The translations under genes and the position numbers were made by a program. Source: Escherichia coli (lineage in GTDB: Bacteria > Pseudomonadota > Gammaproteobacteria > Enterobacterales > Enterobacteriaceae). Taken from it: a stretch of 64,000 nucleotides of DNA. The DNA lies in NCBI RefSeq assembly GCF_003790525.1, contig NZ_CP033635.1. The stretch is one strand, 5' to 3'. Positions 11,459 through 21,399 of this stretch are shown one piece after another. How positions within the stretch are numbered: position 1 is the first letter of the stretch; each line of letters begins with the position of its first letter. The notes beneath the pieces were generated by a model. The model saw only the letters and a program-made list of their open reading frames with translations. It did no database searches and had not been told where the DNA came from.

Positions 11459-11938
11459 ATGAAACGAATTGCGTTTGTGGGTACCGTCGGGGCAGGAAAA
11501 ACAACGTTATTTAATGCGTTGCAGGGGAATTATACCCTCGCCAGAAAAACACAGGCCGTGGAATTTAATGATAAGGGCGATATTGATACGCCGGGTGAAT
11601 ATTTTAGCCATCCCCGCTGGTATCACGCCTTAATTACCACGCTACAGGATGTGGACATGCTGATCTATGTCCACGGCGCGAATGACCCGGAAAGTCGGTT
11701 GCCTGCCGGGTTGCTGGATATTGGCGTCAGCAAACGGCAAATCGCCGTCATCAGTAAAACGGACATGCCAGATGCTGACGTCGCCGCAACGCGAAAGTTA
11801 TTGCTTGAGACGGGCTTCGAAGAGCCGATTTTCGAGCTAAACAGCCACGACCCGCAAAGCGTGCAGCAACTGGTGGATTATCTGGCATCTCTCACCAAAC
11901 AGGAGGAAGCAGGTGAAAAAACTCATCACAGCGAATGA
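11459..11938 (+). CDS. eutP: EutP, P-loop GTPase/acetate kinase-like protein
   Basis: 159-aa ORF with Walker A GTVGAGKTT. Confidence 0.9.
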   Translation: MKRIAFVGTVGAGKTTLFNALQGNYTLARKTQAVEFNDKGDIDTPGEYFSHPRWYHALITTLQDVDMLIYVHGANDPESRLPAGLLDIGVSKRQIAVISKTDMPDADVAATRKLLLETGFEEPIFELNSHDPQSVQQLVDYLASLTKQEEAGEKTHHSE

Positions 11939-12614
11939 TATTCGTGAAGCACACGCGCGCGGCGAACTGGCAATGTCCGTGGTTCTGCGCGCCAGCATTA
12001 TTACCCCGGAAGCTCGTGAAGTGGCTGATCTGTTGGGTTTTACCATCACCGAATGTGATGAATCGACTGCGGTAACGACGTCCGTTCCCGCCAGCGTGCC
12101 AGCCGATAAAACCGAAAGCCAGCGCATCCGCGAAACCATCATCGCCCAGCTACCGGAAGGCCAGTTTACCGAAAGCCTGGTCGCGCAGCTGATGGAAAAA
12201 GTGATGAAGGAAAAACAGTCACTGGAGCAGGGTGCAATGCAGCCGAGTTTCAAATCGGTGACCGGCAAAGGCGGCATCAAAGTGATTGATGGCAGCAGCG
12301 TCAAGTTTGGTCGTTTCGATGGCGCGGAACCGCACTGCGTAGGCTTGACTGATCTCGTGACCGGAGACGACGGCAGCAGTATGGCCGCTGGTTTCATGCA
12401 GTGGGAGAACGCCTTCTTTCCGTGGACCCTGAACTACGACGAAATCGACATGGTGCTGGAAGGGGAACTGCATGTTCGCCACGAAGGCGAAACTATGATC
12501 GCCAAAGCGGGCGATGTGATGTTTATCCCGAAAGGCTCCAGTATCGAATTTGGTACGACATCCAGCGTGAAATTCCTGTATGTCGCCTGGCCGGCTAACT
12601 GGCAATCCCTATGA
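11913..12614 (+). CDS. eutQ: EutQ, cupin-domain protein
   Basis: 233-aa ORF, overlaps eutP 3' end by 26 nt; eut synteny. Confidence 0.88.
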   Translation: MKKLITANDIREAHARGELAMSVVLRASIITPEAREVADLLGFTITECDESTAVTTSVPASVPADKTESQRIRETIIAQLPEGQFTESLVAQLMEKVMKEKQSLEQGAMQPSFKSVTGKGGIKVIDGSSVKFGRFDGAEPHCVGLTDLVTGDDGSSMAAGFMQWENAFFPWTLNYDEIDMVLEGELHVRHEGETMIAKAGDVMFIPKGSSIEFGTTSSVKFLYVAWPANWQSL

Positions 12615-13414
12615 AAGATTTCATCACCGAAGCATGGCTAAGAGCGAACCATACGCTCAGCGAAGGCGCAGAGATCCATCTCCCTGCGGACAGTCGCCTG
12701 ACGCCCTCTGCCCGGGAGTTACTGGAAAGCCGCCATCTGCGCATCAAGTTTATTGACGAGCAGGGCCGCCTGTTTGTTGACGATGAACAGCAGCAGCCGC
12801 AGCCCGTTCATGGGCTGACCAGTAGCGATGAACATCCGCAGGCGTGCTGCGAACTGTGCCGCCAGCCGGTGGCAAAAAAGCCGGATACGCTGACTCACCT
12901 GTCGGCGGAAAAAATGGTTGCCAAAAGCGATCCGCGCCTGGCTTTTCGCGCTGTTCTCGACAGCACCATTGCGCTGGCAGTGTGGCTGCAAATTGAACTG
13001 GCGGAACCGTGGCAGCCGTGGCTGGCGGATATCCGTTCGCGTCTTGGCAACATTATGCGTGCCGATGCGCTGGGGGAACCGCTGGCCTGCCAGGCGATTG
13101 TCGGGCTTTCTGACGAAGATCTGCATCGGCTTTCTCACCAGCCGCTGCGTTATCTCGACCACGATCATCTGGTGCCGGAAGCCAGCCACGGGCGCGATGC
13201 GGCGTTGCTAAATCTGCTACGCACCAAAGTGCGGGAAACCGAAACCGTAGCGGCGCAGGTCTTTATCACCCGCAGCTTTGAAGTATTACGCCCGGACATC
13301 TTGCAGGCGCTGAACCGCCTTTCCAGCACGGTCTACGTGATGATGATCCTGAGCGTAACGAAGCAGCCGCTAACGGTGAAGCAGATCCAACAACGACTGG
13401 GGGAAACGCAATGA
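12611..13414 (+). CDS. eutT: EutT, corrinoid adenosyltransferase
   Basis: 267-aa ORF; start overlaps eutQ stop; eut synteny. Confidence 0.88.
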   Translation: MKDFITEAWLRANHTLSEGAEIHLPADSRLTPSARELLESRHLRIKFIDEQGRLFVDDEQQQPQPVHGLTSSDEHPQACCELCRQPVAKKPDTLTHLSAEKMVAKSDPRLAFRAVLDSTIALAVWLQIELAEPWQPWLADIRSRLGNIMRADALGEPLACQAIVGLSDEDLHRLSHQPLRYLDHDHLVPEASHGRDAALLNLLRTKVRETETVAAQVFITRSFEVLRPDILQALNRLSSTVYVMMILSVTKQPLTVKQIQQRLGETQ

Positions 13415-14427
13415 TTATTGAACGTTGTCGTGAACTGGCGTTGCGAGCGCCCGCCAGAGTGGTTTTTCCGGATGCGTTAGATCAGCGTGTGCTGAAAGCT
13501 GCGCAATATTTACATCAACAAGGTCTGGCAACGCCCATTCTGGTCGCTAATCCGTTTGAACTTCGTCAGTTTGCGCTCAGTCATGGCGTAGCGATGGACG
13601 GGCTACAGGTGATTGATCCGCATGGCAACCTCGCAATGCGGGAAGAATTTGCTCATCGCTGGCTGGCCCGCGCGGGCGAAAAAACGCCGCCGGATGCGCT
13701 GGAAAAACTCACCGAACCGCTGATGTTCGCCGCCGCAATGGTCAGCGCCGGTAAAGCGGATGTCTGTATCGCGGGCAATCTCTCTTCCACGGCGAATGTG
13801 CTGCGTGCCGGATTACGCATTATTGGCTTGCAGCCAGGCTGTAAAACGCTCTCATCCATTTTCCTGATGCTGCCACAGTACAGCGGTCCGGCGTTGGGTT
13901 TTGCCGATTGCAGCGTGGTGCCACAGCCGACGGCGGCGCAGTTGGCGGATATCGCGCTTGCCAGCGCCGAAACCTGGCGCGCCATCACCGGAGAAGAACC
14001 GCGCGTGGCGATGCTGTCGTTTTCCAGCAACGGTAGTGCCCGTCACCCCTGCGTTGCCAACGTGCAGCAGGCGACAGAAATCGTCCGTGAGCGCGCACCA
14101 AAGCTGGTTGTCGATGGCGAGTTGCAGTTTGACGCCGCCTTCGTGCCGGAAGTGGCGGCGCAAAAAGCGCCTGCCAGCCCGCTACAAGGCAAGGCCAATG
14201 TGATGGTTTTTCCGTCGCTGGAAGCCGGAAATATTGGCTACAAAATCGCACAACGACTTGGCGGATATCGTGCCGTCGGGCCATTGATACAAGGACTTGC
14301 CGCGCCGATGCACGATCTCTCTCGTGGTTGTAGCGTGCAGGAAATTATCGAACTGGCGCTGGTGGCAGCTGTGCCGCGTCAGACAGAAGTGAACCGCGAA
14401 AGCAGTTTACAAACACTGGTTGAATGA
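13411..14427 (+). CDS. eutD: EutD, phosphotransacetylase
   Basis: 338-aa ORF, PTA family; start overlaps eutT stop. Confidence 0.9.
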   Translation: MIIERCRELALRAPARVVFPDALDQRVLKAAQYLHQQGLATPILVANPFELRQFALSHGVAMDGLQVIDPHGNLAMREEFAHRWLARAGEKTPPDALEKLTEPLMFAAAMVSAGKADVCIAGNLSSTANVLRAGLRIIGLQPGCKTLSSIFLMLPQYSGPALGFADCSVVPQPTAAQLADIALASAETWRAITGEEPRVAMLSFSSNGSARHPCVANVQQATEIVRERAPKLVVDGELQFDAAFVPEVAAQKAPASPLQGKANVMVFPSLEAGNIGYKIAQRLGGYRAVGPLIQGLAAPMHDLSRGCSVQEIIELALVAAVPRQTEVNRESSLQTLVE

Positions 14428-14465
14428 ACGGTCCCGTTCTGGACCCTGATAAAGAGGAAAGCACA

Positions 14466-14759
14466 ATGGAAGCATTAGGAATGATCGAAACCCGGGGCCT
14501 GGTTGCACTGATTGAGGCTTCTGACGCGATGGTTAAAGCTGCGCGCGTCAAGCTGGTTGGTGTTAAGCAGATTGGCGGCGGCCTGTGTACTGCCATGGTT
14601 CGTGGTGATGTTGCAGCCTGTAAAGCCGCGACCGATGCAGGTGCCGCAGCGGCACAGCGTATCGGCGAGCTGGTATCTGTACACGTTATCCCGCGTCCGC
14701 ACGGCGACCTGGAAGAAGTGTTCCCGATCGGCCTGAAAGGCGATAGCAGCAACCTGTAA
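14466..14759 (+). CDS. eutM: EutM, major BMC shell protein
   Basis: ORF trimmed to ATG 14466 ([26 protein letters not shown]) with AAAGAGGAAA RBS; BMC domain. Confidence 0.92.
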   Translation: MEALGMIETRGLVALIEASDAMVKAARVKLVGVKQIGGGLCTAMVRGDVAACKAATDAGAAAAQRIGELVSVHVIPRPHGDLEEVFPIGLKGDSSNL

Positions 14760-14865
14760 TCACCCTGTGTGACGTCGATTCGGGCGTCACGCTCTCTCCT
14801 TTTTCATTTTACCTTCTGCGGAGGGTAGGGGGAGCTTTTACCTGAAATACGCCACGGAGGCGGGT

Positions 14866-15153
14866 ATGAAACTGGCAGTCGTCACTGGACAAATTGTTTG
14901 TACCGTACGCCATCACGGACTGGCGCATGACAAATTGCTGATGGTGGAAATGATTGATCCACAAGGTAATCCTGACGGGCAATGCGCTGTCGCCATCGAC
15001 AATATTGGCGCGGGAACCGGGGAGTGGGTGTTGCTGGTGAGTGGCAGTTCCGCCCGCCAGGCGCATAAAAGCGAAACGTCACCGGTCGATCTGTGCGTGA
15101 TTGGCATCGTCGATGAGGTGGTGTCTGGCGGTCAGGTCATTTTCCACAAATAA
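14866..15153 (+). CDS. eutN: EutN, BMC vertex (pentamer-type) shell protein
   Basis: 95-aa ORF, EutN/CcmL-like. Confidence 0.9.
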   Translation: MKLAVVTGQIVCTVRHHGLAHDKLLMVEMIDPQGNPDGQCAVAIDNIGAGTGEWVLLVSGSSARQAHKSETSPVDLCVIGIVDEVVSGGQVIFHK

Positions 15154-15164
15154 GGCAGAACATC

Positions 15165-16568
15165 ATGAATCAACAGGATATTGAACAGGTGGTGAAAGCG
15201 GTACTGCTGAAAATGCAAAGCAGTGACACGCCGCCCGCCGCCGTTCATGAGATGGGCGTTTTCGCGTCCCTGGATGACGCCGTTGCGGCAGCCAAAGTCG
15301 CCCAGCAAGGGTTAAAAAGCGTGGCAATGCGCCAGTTAGCCATTGCTGCCATTCGTGAGGCAGGCGAAAAACACGCCAGAGATTTAGCGGAACTTGCCGT
15401 CAGTGAAACCGGCATGGGGCGCGTTGAAGATAAATTTGCCAAAAACGTCGCTCAGGCGCGCGGCACACCAGGCGTTGAGTGCCTCTCACCACAGGTGCTG
15501 ACCGGTGACAACGGCCTGACCCTGATTGAAAACGCGCCCTGGGGCGTGGTGGCTTCGGTGACGCCTTCCACTAACCCGGCGGCAACCGTAATTAACAACG
15601 CCATCAGCCTGATTGCCGCGGGCAACAGCGTCATTTTTGCCCCGCATCCGGCGGCGAAAAAAGTCTCCCAGCGGGCGATTACGCTGCTCAACCAGGCGAT
15701 TGTTGCCGCAGGCGGGCCGGAAAACTTACTGGTTACTGTGGCCAATCCGGATATCGAAACCGCGCAACGTTTGTTCAAGTTCCCGGGTATCGGCCTGCTG
15801 GTGGTGACCGGCGGCGAAGCGGTAGTGGAAGCGGCGCGTAAACACACCAATAAACGTCTGATTGCCGCAGGCGCTGGCAACCCGCCGGTAGTGGTGGATG
15901 AAACCGCCGACCTCGCCCGTGCTGCTCAGTCCATCGTCAAAGGCGCGTCTTTCGATAACAACATCATTTGTGCCGACGAAAAGGTACTGATTGTTGTTGA
16001 TAGCGTAGCCGATGAACTGATGCGTCTGATGGAAGGCCAGCATGCGGTGAAACTGACCGCAGAGCAGGCGCAGCAACTGCAATCGGTGTTGCTGAAAAAT
16101 ATCGACGAGTGCGGAAAAGGCACCGTCAGCCGTGACTGGGTTGGTCGCGATGCGGCGAAAATCGCGGCGGCAATCGGCCTTAAAGTTCCGGAACAAACGC
16201 GACTGCTGTTTGTAGAAACCACCGCAGAACATCCGTTTGCCGTGACCGAACTGATGATGCCGGTGCTGCCCGTCGTGCGCGTCGCCAACGTGGCGGATGC
16301 CATTGCGCTGGCGGTGAAACTGGAAGGCGGTTGCCACCACACGGCGGCAATGCACTCGCGCAATATCGAGAACATGAACCAGATGGCGAATGCCATTGAT
16401 ACCAGCATTTTCGTTAAGAACGGACCGTGCATTGCCGGGCTGGGGCTGGGCGGGGAAGGCTGGACCACCATGACCATCACCACGCCAACCGGTGAAGGGG
16501 TAACCAGCGCGCGGACGTTTGTCCGTCTGCGTCGCTGTGTATTAGTCGATGCGTTTCGCATTGTTTAA
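15165..16568 (+). CDS. eutE: EutE, CoA-acylating acetaldehyde dehydrogenase
   Basis: 467-aa ORF; aldehyde dehydrogenase family; eut synteny. Confidence 0.92.
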   Translation: MNQQDIEQVVKAVLLKMQSSDTPPAAVHEMGVFASLDDAVAAAKVAQQGLKSVAMRQLAIAAIREAGEKHARDLAELAVSETGMGRVEDKFAKNVAQARGTPGVECLSPQVLTGDNGLTLIENAPWGVVASVTPSTNPAATVINNAISLIAAGNSVIFAPHPAAKKVSQRAITLLNQAIVAAGGPENLLVTVANPDIETAQRLFKFPGIGLLVVTGGEAVVEAARKHTNKRLIAAGAGNPPVVVDETADLARAAQSIVKGASFDNNIICADEKVLIVVDSVADELMRLMEGQHAVKLTAEQAQQLQSVLLKNIDECGKGTVSRDWVGRDAAKIAAAIGLKVPEQTRLLFVETTAEHPFAVTELMMPVLPVVRVANVADAIALAVKLEGGCHHTAAMHSRNIENMNQMANAIDTSIFVKNGPCIAGLGLGGEGWTTMTITTPTGEGVTSARTFVRLRRCVLVDAFRIV

Positions 16569-16578
16569 GGAGTAACCG

Positions 16579-17415
16579 ATGGCGCACGATGAACAATGGC
16601 TCACCCCACGTCTGCAAACGGCGGCAACGCTGTGTAACCAGACGCCCGCCGCGACGGAATCTCCGCTGTGGCTGGGGGTGGATCTGGGCACCTGCGATGT
16701 GGTGTCGATGGTTGTCGACCGCGACGGTCTGCCGGTGGCGGTATGCCTCGACTGGGCCGATGTGGTCCGCGACGGCATCGTCTGGGATTTCTTCGGTGCG
16801 GTCACCATTGTTCGTCGCCATCTCGACACCCTCGAGCAGCAATTCGGTCGCCGTTTTAGCCATGCGGCGACCTCTTTTCCTCCAGGTACGGACCCGCGTA
16901 TTTCCATCAACGTGCTGGAGTCTGCCGGACTGGAAGTGAGCCATGTACTGGATGAGCCAACCGCAGTCGCGGATCTGCTGCAACTGGACAACGCCGGTGT
17001 AGTGGATATCGGCGGTGGCACTACTGGTATTGCCATCGTGAAAAAGGGCAAGGTGACGTACTCGGCGGATGAAGCGACCGGCGGACATCACATCTCTCTG
17101 ACTCTCGCCGGAAATCGTCGTATTTCGCTGGAAGAGGCAGAGCAGTACAAGCGCGGTCACGGTGAAGAGATTTGGCCCGCGGTGAAACCGGTGTACGAAA
17201 AAATGGCGGACATTGTCGCCCGGCATATTGAAGGGCAGGGCATTACGGATTTATGGCTGGCGGGCGGCTCTTGTATGCAACCGGGCGTGGCGGAACTGTT
17301 TCGCAAACAATTTCCGGCGTTACAGGTGCATTTACCGCAGCACAGTTTGTTTATGACCCCGCTGGCGATCGCCAGTAGCGGGCGAGAGAAAGCGGAGGGG
17401 CTATATGCAAAATGA
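16579..17415 (+). CDS. eutJ: EutJ, actin/Hsp70-fold chaperone-like protein
   Basis: 278-aa ORF; eut synteny. Confidence 0.9.
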   Translation: MAHDEQWLTPRLQTAATLCNQTPAATESPLWLGVDLGTCDVVSMVVDRDGLPVAVCLDWADVVRDGIVWDFFGAVTIVRRHLDTLEQQFGRRFSHAATSFPPGTDPRISINVLESAGLEVSHVLDEPTAVADLLQLDNAGVVDIGGGTTGIAIVKKGKVTYSADEATGGHHISLTLAGNRRISLEEAEQYKRGHGEEIWPAVKPVYEKMADIVARHIEGQGITDLWLAGGSCMQPGVAELFRKQFPALQVHLPQHSLFMTPLAIASSGREKAEGLYAK

Positions 17416-18592
17416 ATTGCAGACCGCGCTCTTTCAGGCGTTCGATACCCTGAATCTGCAACGGGTAAAAACATTTAGCGTTCCACCGGTGACGCTTTGC
17501 GGTCCGGGCGCGGTGAGCAGTTGTGGGCAGCAAGCGCAAACGCGTGGGCTGAAACATCTGTTCGTGATGGCAGACAGCTTTTTGCATCAGGCAGGGATGA
17601 CCGCCGGGCTGACACGTAGCCTGGCCGTTAAAGGTATCGCCATGACGCTCTGGCCATGTCCGGTGGGCGAACCATGCATCACCGACGTGTGTGCAGCCGT
17701 GGCGCAGTTGCGTGAATCAGGCTGTGACGGGGTGATTGCGTTTGGCGGCGGCTCGGTGCTGGATGCAGCAAAAGCCGTGGCGTTGCTGGTGACGAACCCG
17801 GATAGCACGCTGGCAGAGATGTCAGAAACCAGCGTTCTGCAACCGCGCCTGCCGTTGATTGCCATTCCGACTACCGCCGGAACCGGCTCTGAAACCACCA
17901 ACGTAACGGTGATTATCGATGCGGTGAGCGGGCGTAAGCAGGTGTTAGCCCATGCCTCGCTGATGCCGGATGTGGCGATTCTCGACGCCGCATTGACCGA
18001 AGGTGTGCCGTCGCATGTCACGGCGATGACTGGCATTGATGCGTTAACCCATGCCATTGAAGCGTACAGCGCGCTGAACGCCACACCATTTACCGACAGC
18101 CTGGCGATTGGCGCCATTGCGATGATTGGTCAATCGCTGCCGAAAGCGGTGGGCTACGGTCACGACCTTGCCGCGCGCGAGAGCATGTTGCTGGCTTCAT
18201 GTATGGCGGGAATGGCGTTTTCCAGTGCGGGGCTTGGGTTGTGCCACGCGATGGCGCATCAGCCAGGGGCGGCGCTGCATATTCCGCACGGTCTGGCGAA
18301 CGCTATGTTGCTGCCAACGGTAATGGAATTTAACCGGATGGTTTGTCGTGATCGGTTTAGTCAGATTGGCCGGGCGCTGAGAACTAAAAAATCCGACGAT
18401 CGTGACGCTATTAACGCGGTAAGTGAGCTGATTGCGGAAGTCGGGATTGGTAAACGACTGGGCGATATTGGTGCGACATCTGCGCATTACGGCGCATGGG
18501 CGCAGGCCGCGCTGGAAGATATTTGTCTGCGCAGCAACCCGCGTACCGCCAGCCTGGAGCAGATTATTGGTCTGTATGCTGCGGCGCAATAA
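17405..18592 (+). CDS. eutG: EutG, iron-containing alcohol dehydrogenase
   Basis: 395-aa ORF; overlaps eutJ by 11 nt. Confidence 0.9.
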   Translation: MQNELQTALFQAFDTLNLQRVKTFSVPPVTLCGPGAVSSCGQQAQTRGLKHLFVMADSFLHQAGMTAGLTRSLAVKGIAMTLWPCPVGEPCITDVCAAVAQLRESGCDGVIAFGGGSVLDAAKAVALLVTNPDSTLAEMSETSVLQPRLPLIAIPTTAGTGSETTNVTVIIDAVSGRKQVLAHASLMPDVAILDAALTEGVPSHVTAMTGIDALTHAIEAYSALNATPFTDSLAIGAIAMIGQSLPKAVGYGHDLAARESMLLASCMAGMAFSSAGLGLCHAMAHQPGAALHIPHGLANAMLLPTVMEFNRMVCRDRFSQIGRALRTKKSDDRDAINAVSELIAEVGIGKRLGDIGATSAHYGAWAQAALEDICLRSNPRTASLEQIIGLYAAAQ

Positions 18593-18607
18593 AAGTGTAC
18601 GGACAGT

Positions 18608-18707
18608 CCCCTCGCCCCTTTGGGGAGAGGGTTAGGGTGAGGGGAACAGAGTCGCTCCGGTGCAAACAATTACCCTCACCCCGGTCCCTCGGCTTCCAGA
18701 GTGAGGG
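18608..18707. repeat. GC-rich intergenic repeat (boxC-like), copy 2, with additional inverted partial copy
   Basis: cccctcgcccctttggggagagggttagggtgaggggaaca matches copy at 5214-5268; downstream ccctcacccc is the inverse of gggtgagggg, so a long hairpin is possible; lies between eutG and eutH. Confidence 0.5.
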
Positions 18708-18761
18708 AAAAACCCACTTTCAGCATTGGCAATAAATAACAACTAACAGGGAGTAAAGGCG

Positions 18762-19988
18762 ATGGGAATTAACGAAATCATCATGTACATCATGATGTTC
18801 TTTATGCTGATAGCTGCCGTAGACAGGATCCTGTCGCAGTTCGGCGGTTCTGCTCGTTTCCTCGGTAAGTTCGGTAAAAGTATCGAAGGATCCGGCAGTC
18901 AGTTCGAAGAAGGCTTTATGGCAATGGGCGCTTTGGGCCTGGCGATGGTTGGTATGACCGCGCTGGCACCTGTTCTGGCCCACGTACTCGGACCGGTGAT
19001 TATCCCGGTTTACGAAATGCTCGGCGCAAACCCGTCAATGTTCGCCGGAACACTGCTGGCGTGCGATATGGGCGGCTTCTTCCTCGCCAAAGAGTTGGCG
19101 GGCGGCGACGTAGCAGCGTGGCTATACTCTGGATTAATTCTCGGGTCGATGATGGGGCCAACGATTGTGTTTTCCATTCCGGTGGCGCTCGGCATTATCG
19201 AACCTTCTGACCGTCGTTATCTGGCGCTCGGCGTGCTGGCGGGCATTGTGACCATTCCGATTGGCTGTATTGCCGGTGGTCTGGTGGCTATGTACTCCGG
19301 TGTGCAGATCAACGGTCAGCCAGTGGAATTCACCTTTGCGCTGATCCTGATGAACATGATCCCGGTACTTATCGTTGCGGTGCTGGTGGCGCTGGGGCTG
19401 AAATTCATCCCGGAAAAAATGATCAACGGCTTCCAGATCTTCGCCAAATTCCTCGTTGCATTGATCACCCTCGGTCTTGCCGCTGCGGTAGTGAAATTCC
19501 TCCTTGGCTGGGAACTGATCCCGGGCCTTGATCCTATCTTTATGGCCCCTGGCGATAAACCCGGTGAAGTGATGCGCGCCATTGAAGTTATCGGCTCGAT
19601 CTCCTGCGTTCTGTTAGGGGCGTATCCGATGGTGCTGCTGCTGACTCGCTGGTTTGAAAAACCGCTGATGAGTGTCGGTAAGGTGCTGAATATGAACAAT
19701 ATAGCGGCAGCCGGCATGGTGGCAACGCTTGCCAACAACATCCCGATGTTTGGCATGATGAAGCAGATGGATACCCGCGGCAAAGTCATCAACTGTGCCT
19801 TCGCCGTTTCCGCTGCTTTCGCCCTGGGCGACCATTTAGGCTTCGCGGCTGCCAACATGAACGCCATGATCTTCCCGATGATTGTCGGCAAGCTGATCGG
19901 CGGCGTCACGGCGATTGGCGTGGCGATGATGCTGGTACCTAAAGAAGACGCGAGCGCGGCTAAAACCGAAGCGGAGGCGCAATCGTGA
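18762..19988 (+). CDS. eutH: EutH, ethanolamine permease/facilitator
   Basis: 408-aa polytopic membrane protein (MGINEIIMYIMMFFMLIAAV). Confidence 0.9.
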   Translation: MGINEIIMYIMMFFMLIAAVDRILSQFGGSARFLGKFGKSIEGSGSQFEEGFMAMGALGLAMVGMTALAPVLAHVLGPVIIPVYEMLGANPSMFAGTLLACDMGGFFLAKELAGGDVAAWLYSGLILGSMMGPTIVFSIPVALGIIEPSDRRYLALGVLAGIVTIPIGCIAGGLVAMYSGVQINGQPVEFTFALILMNMIPVLIVAVLVALGLKFIPEKMINGFQIFAKFLVALITLGLAAAVVKFLLGWELIPGLDPIFMAPGDKPGEVMRAIEVIGSISCVLLGAYPMVLLLTRWFEKPLMSVGKVLNMNNIAAAGMVATLANNIPMFGMMKQMDTRGKVINCAFAVSAAFALGDHLGFAAANMNAMIFPMIVGKLIGGVTAIGVAMMLVPKEDASAAKTEAEAQS

Positions 19989-21388
19989 ACACTCGCCAGC
20001 TACTGAGCGTCGGTATCGATATCGGCACCACCACCACCCAGGTGATTTTCTCCCACCTGGAGCTGGTTAACCGTGCGGCGGTGTCGCAGGTGCCGCGCTA
20101 CGAATTCATCAAACGCGAAATTAGCTGGCAAAGCCCGGTGTTCTTTACCCCTGTCGATAAACAGGGTGGTTTAAAAGAAGCGGAACTGAAAACCTTAATC
20201 CTGGATCAATATCAGGCTGCGGGCATTGCGCCGGAAAGTGTTGATTCTGGTGCCATCATCATCACCGGTGAAAGCGCGAAAACCCGCAACGCTCGCCCGG
20301 CGGTGATGACGCTCTCCCAGTCGCTGGGCGATTTTGTCGTCGCCAGCGCCGGGCCGCATCTCGAATCCGTGATCGCCGGTCACGGTGCCGGGGCGCAAAC
20401 TCTTTCTGAACAACGGCTGTGTCGGGTACTGAATATCGATATCGGCGGTGGCACTGCGAACTACGCCCTGTTCGATGCCGGAAAAATCAGCGGCACCGCC
20501 TGCCTCAACGTCGGCGGTCGCCTGCTGGAAACCGACAGCCAGGGGCGCGTGGTTTACGCTCATAAACCGGGGCAGATGATTGTGGATGAGTGCTTCGGCG
20601 CAGGCACTGACGCCCGTTCGCTGACCGGCGCGCAGCTGGTGCAGGTTACCCGCCGGATGGCAGAGCTGATTGTCGAAGTGATTGACGGAACGCTTTCGCC
20701 GCTCGCGCAGGCATTGATGCAAACCGGTTTGCTGCCCGTAGGTGTTACGCCCGAAATCATTACGCTTTCTGGCGGCGTTGGCGAATGTTATCGCCACCAG
20801 CCCGCCGACCCGTTCTGTTTTGCCGATATTGGCCCGCTTCTGGCAACGGCGCTGCATGACCATCCGCGCCTGCGTGAGATGAACGTGCAGTTTCCGGCGC
20901 AAACCGTGCGCGCCACGGTGATTGGCGCGGGTGCACATACCCTTTCGCTCTCTGGCAGCACAATCTGGCTGGAGGGCGTACAACTGCCGCTGCGCAACTT
21001 GCCGGTGGCGATCCCAATTGATGAAAAGGATCTGGTGAGTGCCTGGCAACAGGCGCTGATTCAGCTGGATCTTGATCCTAAAACTGACGCGTACGTGCTG
21101 GCGCTTCCCGCCTCGCTGCCTGTGCGTTACGCCGCGGTACTGACGGTCATCAACGCGTTGGTCGATTTCGTCGCGCGTTTTCCGAATCCGCATCCCCTGC
21201 TGGTGGTGGCCGGGCAGGACTTTGGTAAAGCTCTGGGCATGTTGTTGCGCCCACAGCTACAACAACTCCCGTTGGCAGTCATTGACGAAGTGATTGTCCG
21301 CGCGGGGGACTATATCGACATTGGTACGCCTCTTTTTGGCGGATCGGTTGTGCCGGTGACGGTGAAATCACTCGCATTTCCTTCCTGA
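19985..21388 (+). CDS. eutA: EutA, ethanolamine ammonia-lyase reactivase
   Basis: 467-aa ORF; start overlaps eutH stop. Confidence 0.9.
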   Translation: MNTRQLLSVGIDIGTTTTQVIFSHLELVNRAAVSQVPRYEFIKREISWQSPVFFTPVDKQGGLKEAELKTLILDQYQAAGIAPESVDSGAIIITGESAKTRNARPAVMTLSQSLGDFVVASAGPHLESVIAGHGAGAQTLSEQRLCRVLNIDIGGGTANYALFDAGKISGTACLNVGGRLLETDSQGRVVYAHKPGQMIVDECFGAGTDARSLTGAQLVQVTRRMAELIVEVIDGTLSPLAQALMQTGLLPVGVTPEIITLSGGVGECYRHQPADPFCFADIGPLLATALHDHPRLREMNVQFPAQTVRATVIGAGAHTLSLSGSTIWLEGVQLPLRNLPVAIPIDEKDLVSAWQQALIQLDLDPKTDAYVLALPASLPVRYAAVLTVINALVDFVARFPNPHPLLVVAGQDFGKALGMLLRPQLQQLPLAVIDEVIVRAGDYIDIGTPLFGGSVVPVTVKSLAFPS

Positions 21389-21399
21389 GGGAACGACTT

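Noticed and set aside
20195-21193. 332-aa minus-strand ORF antisense to eutA (similar long antisense ORFs at 9631-10545, 15726-16355, 16477-17226, 36457-37185)
   Set aside because: All sit inside well-supported sense genes of a GC-rich operon; no start context or conservation evidence.
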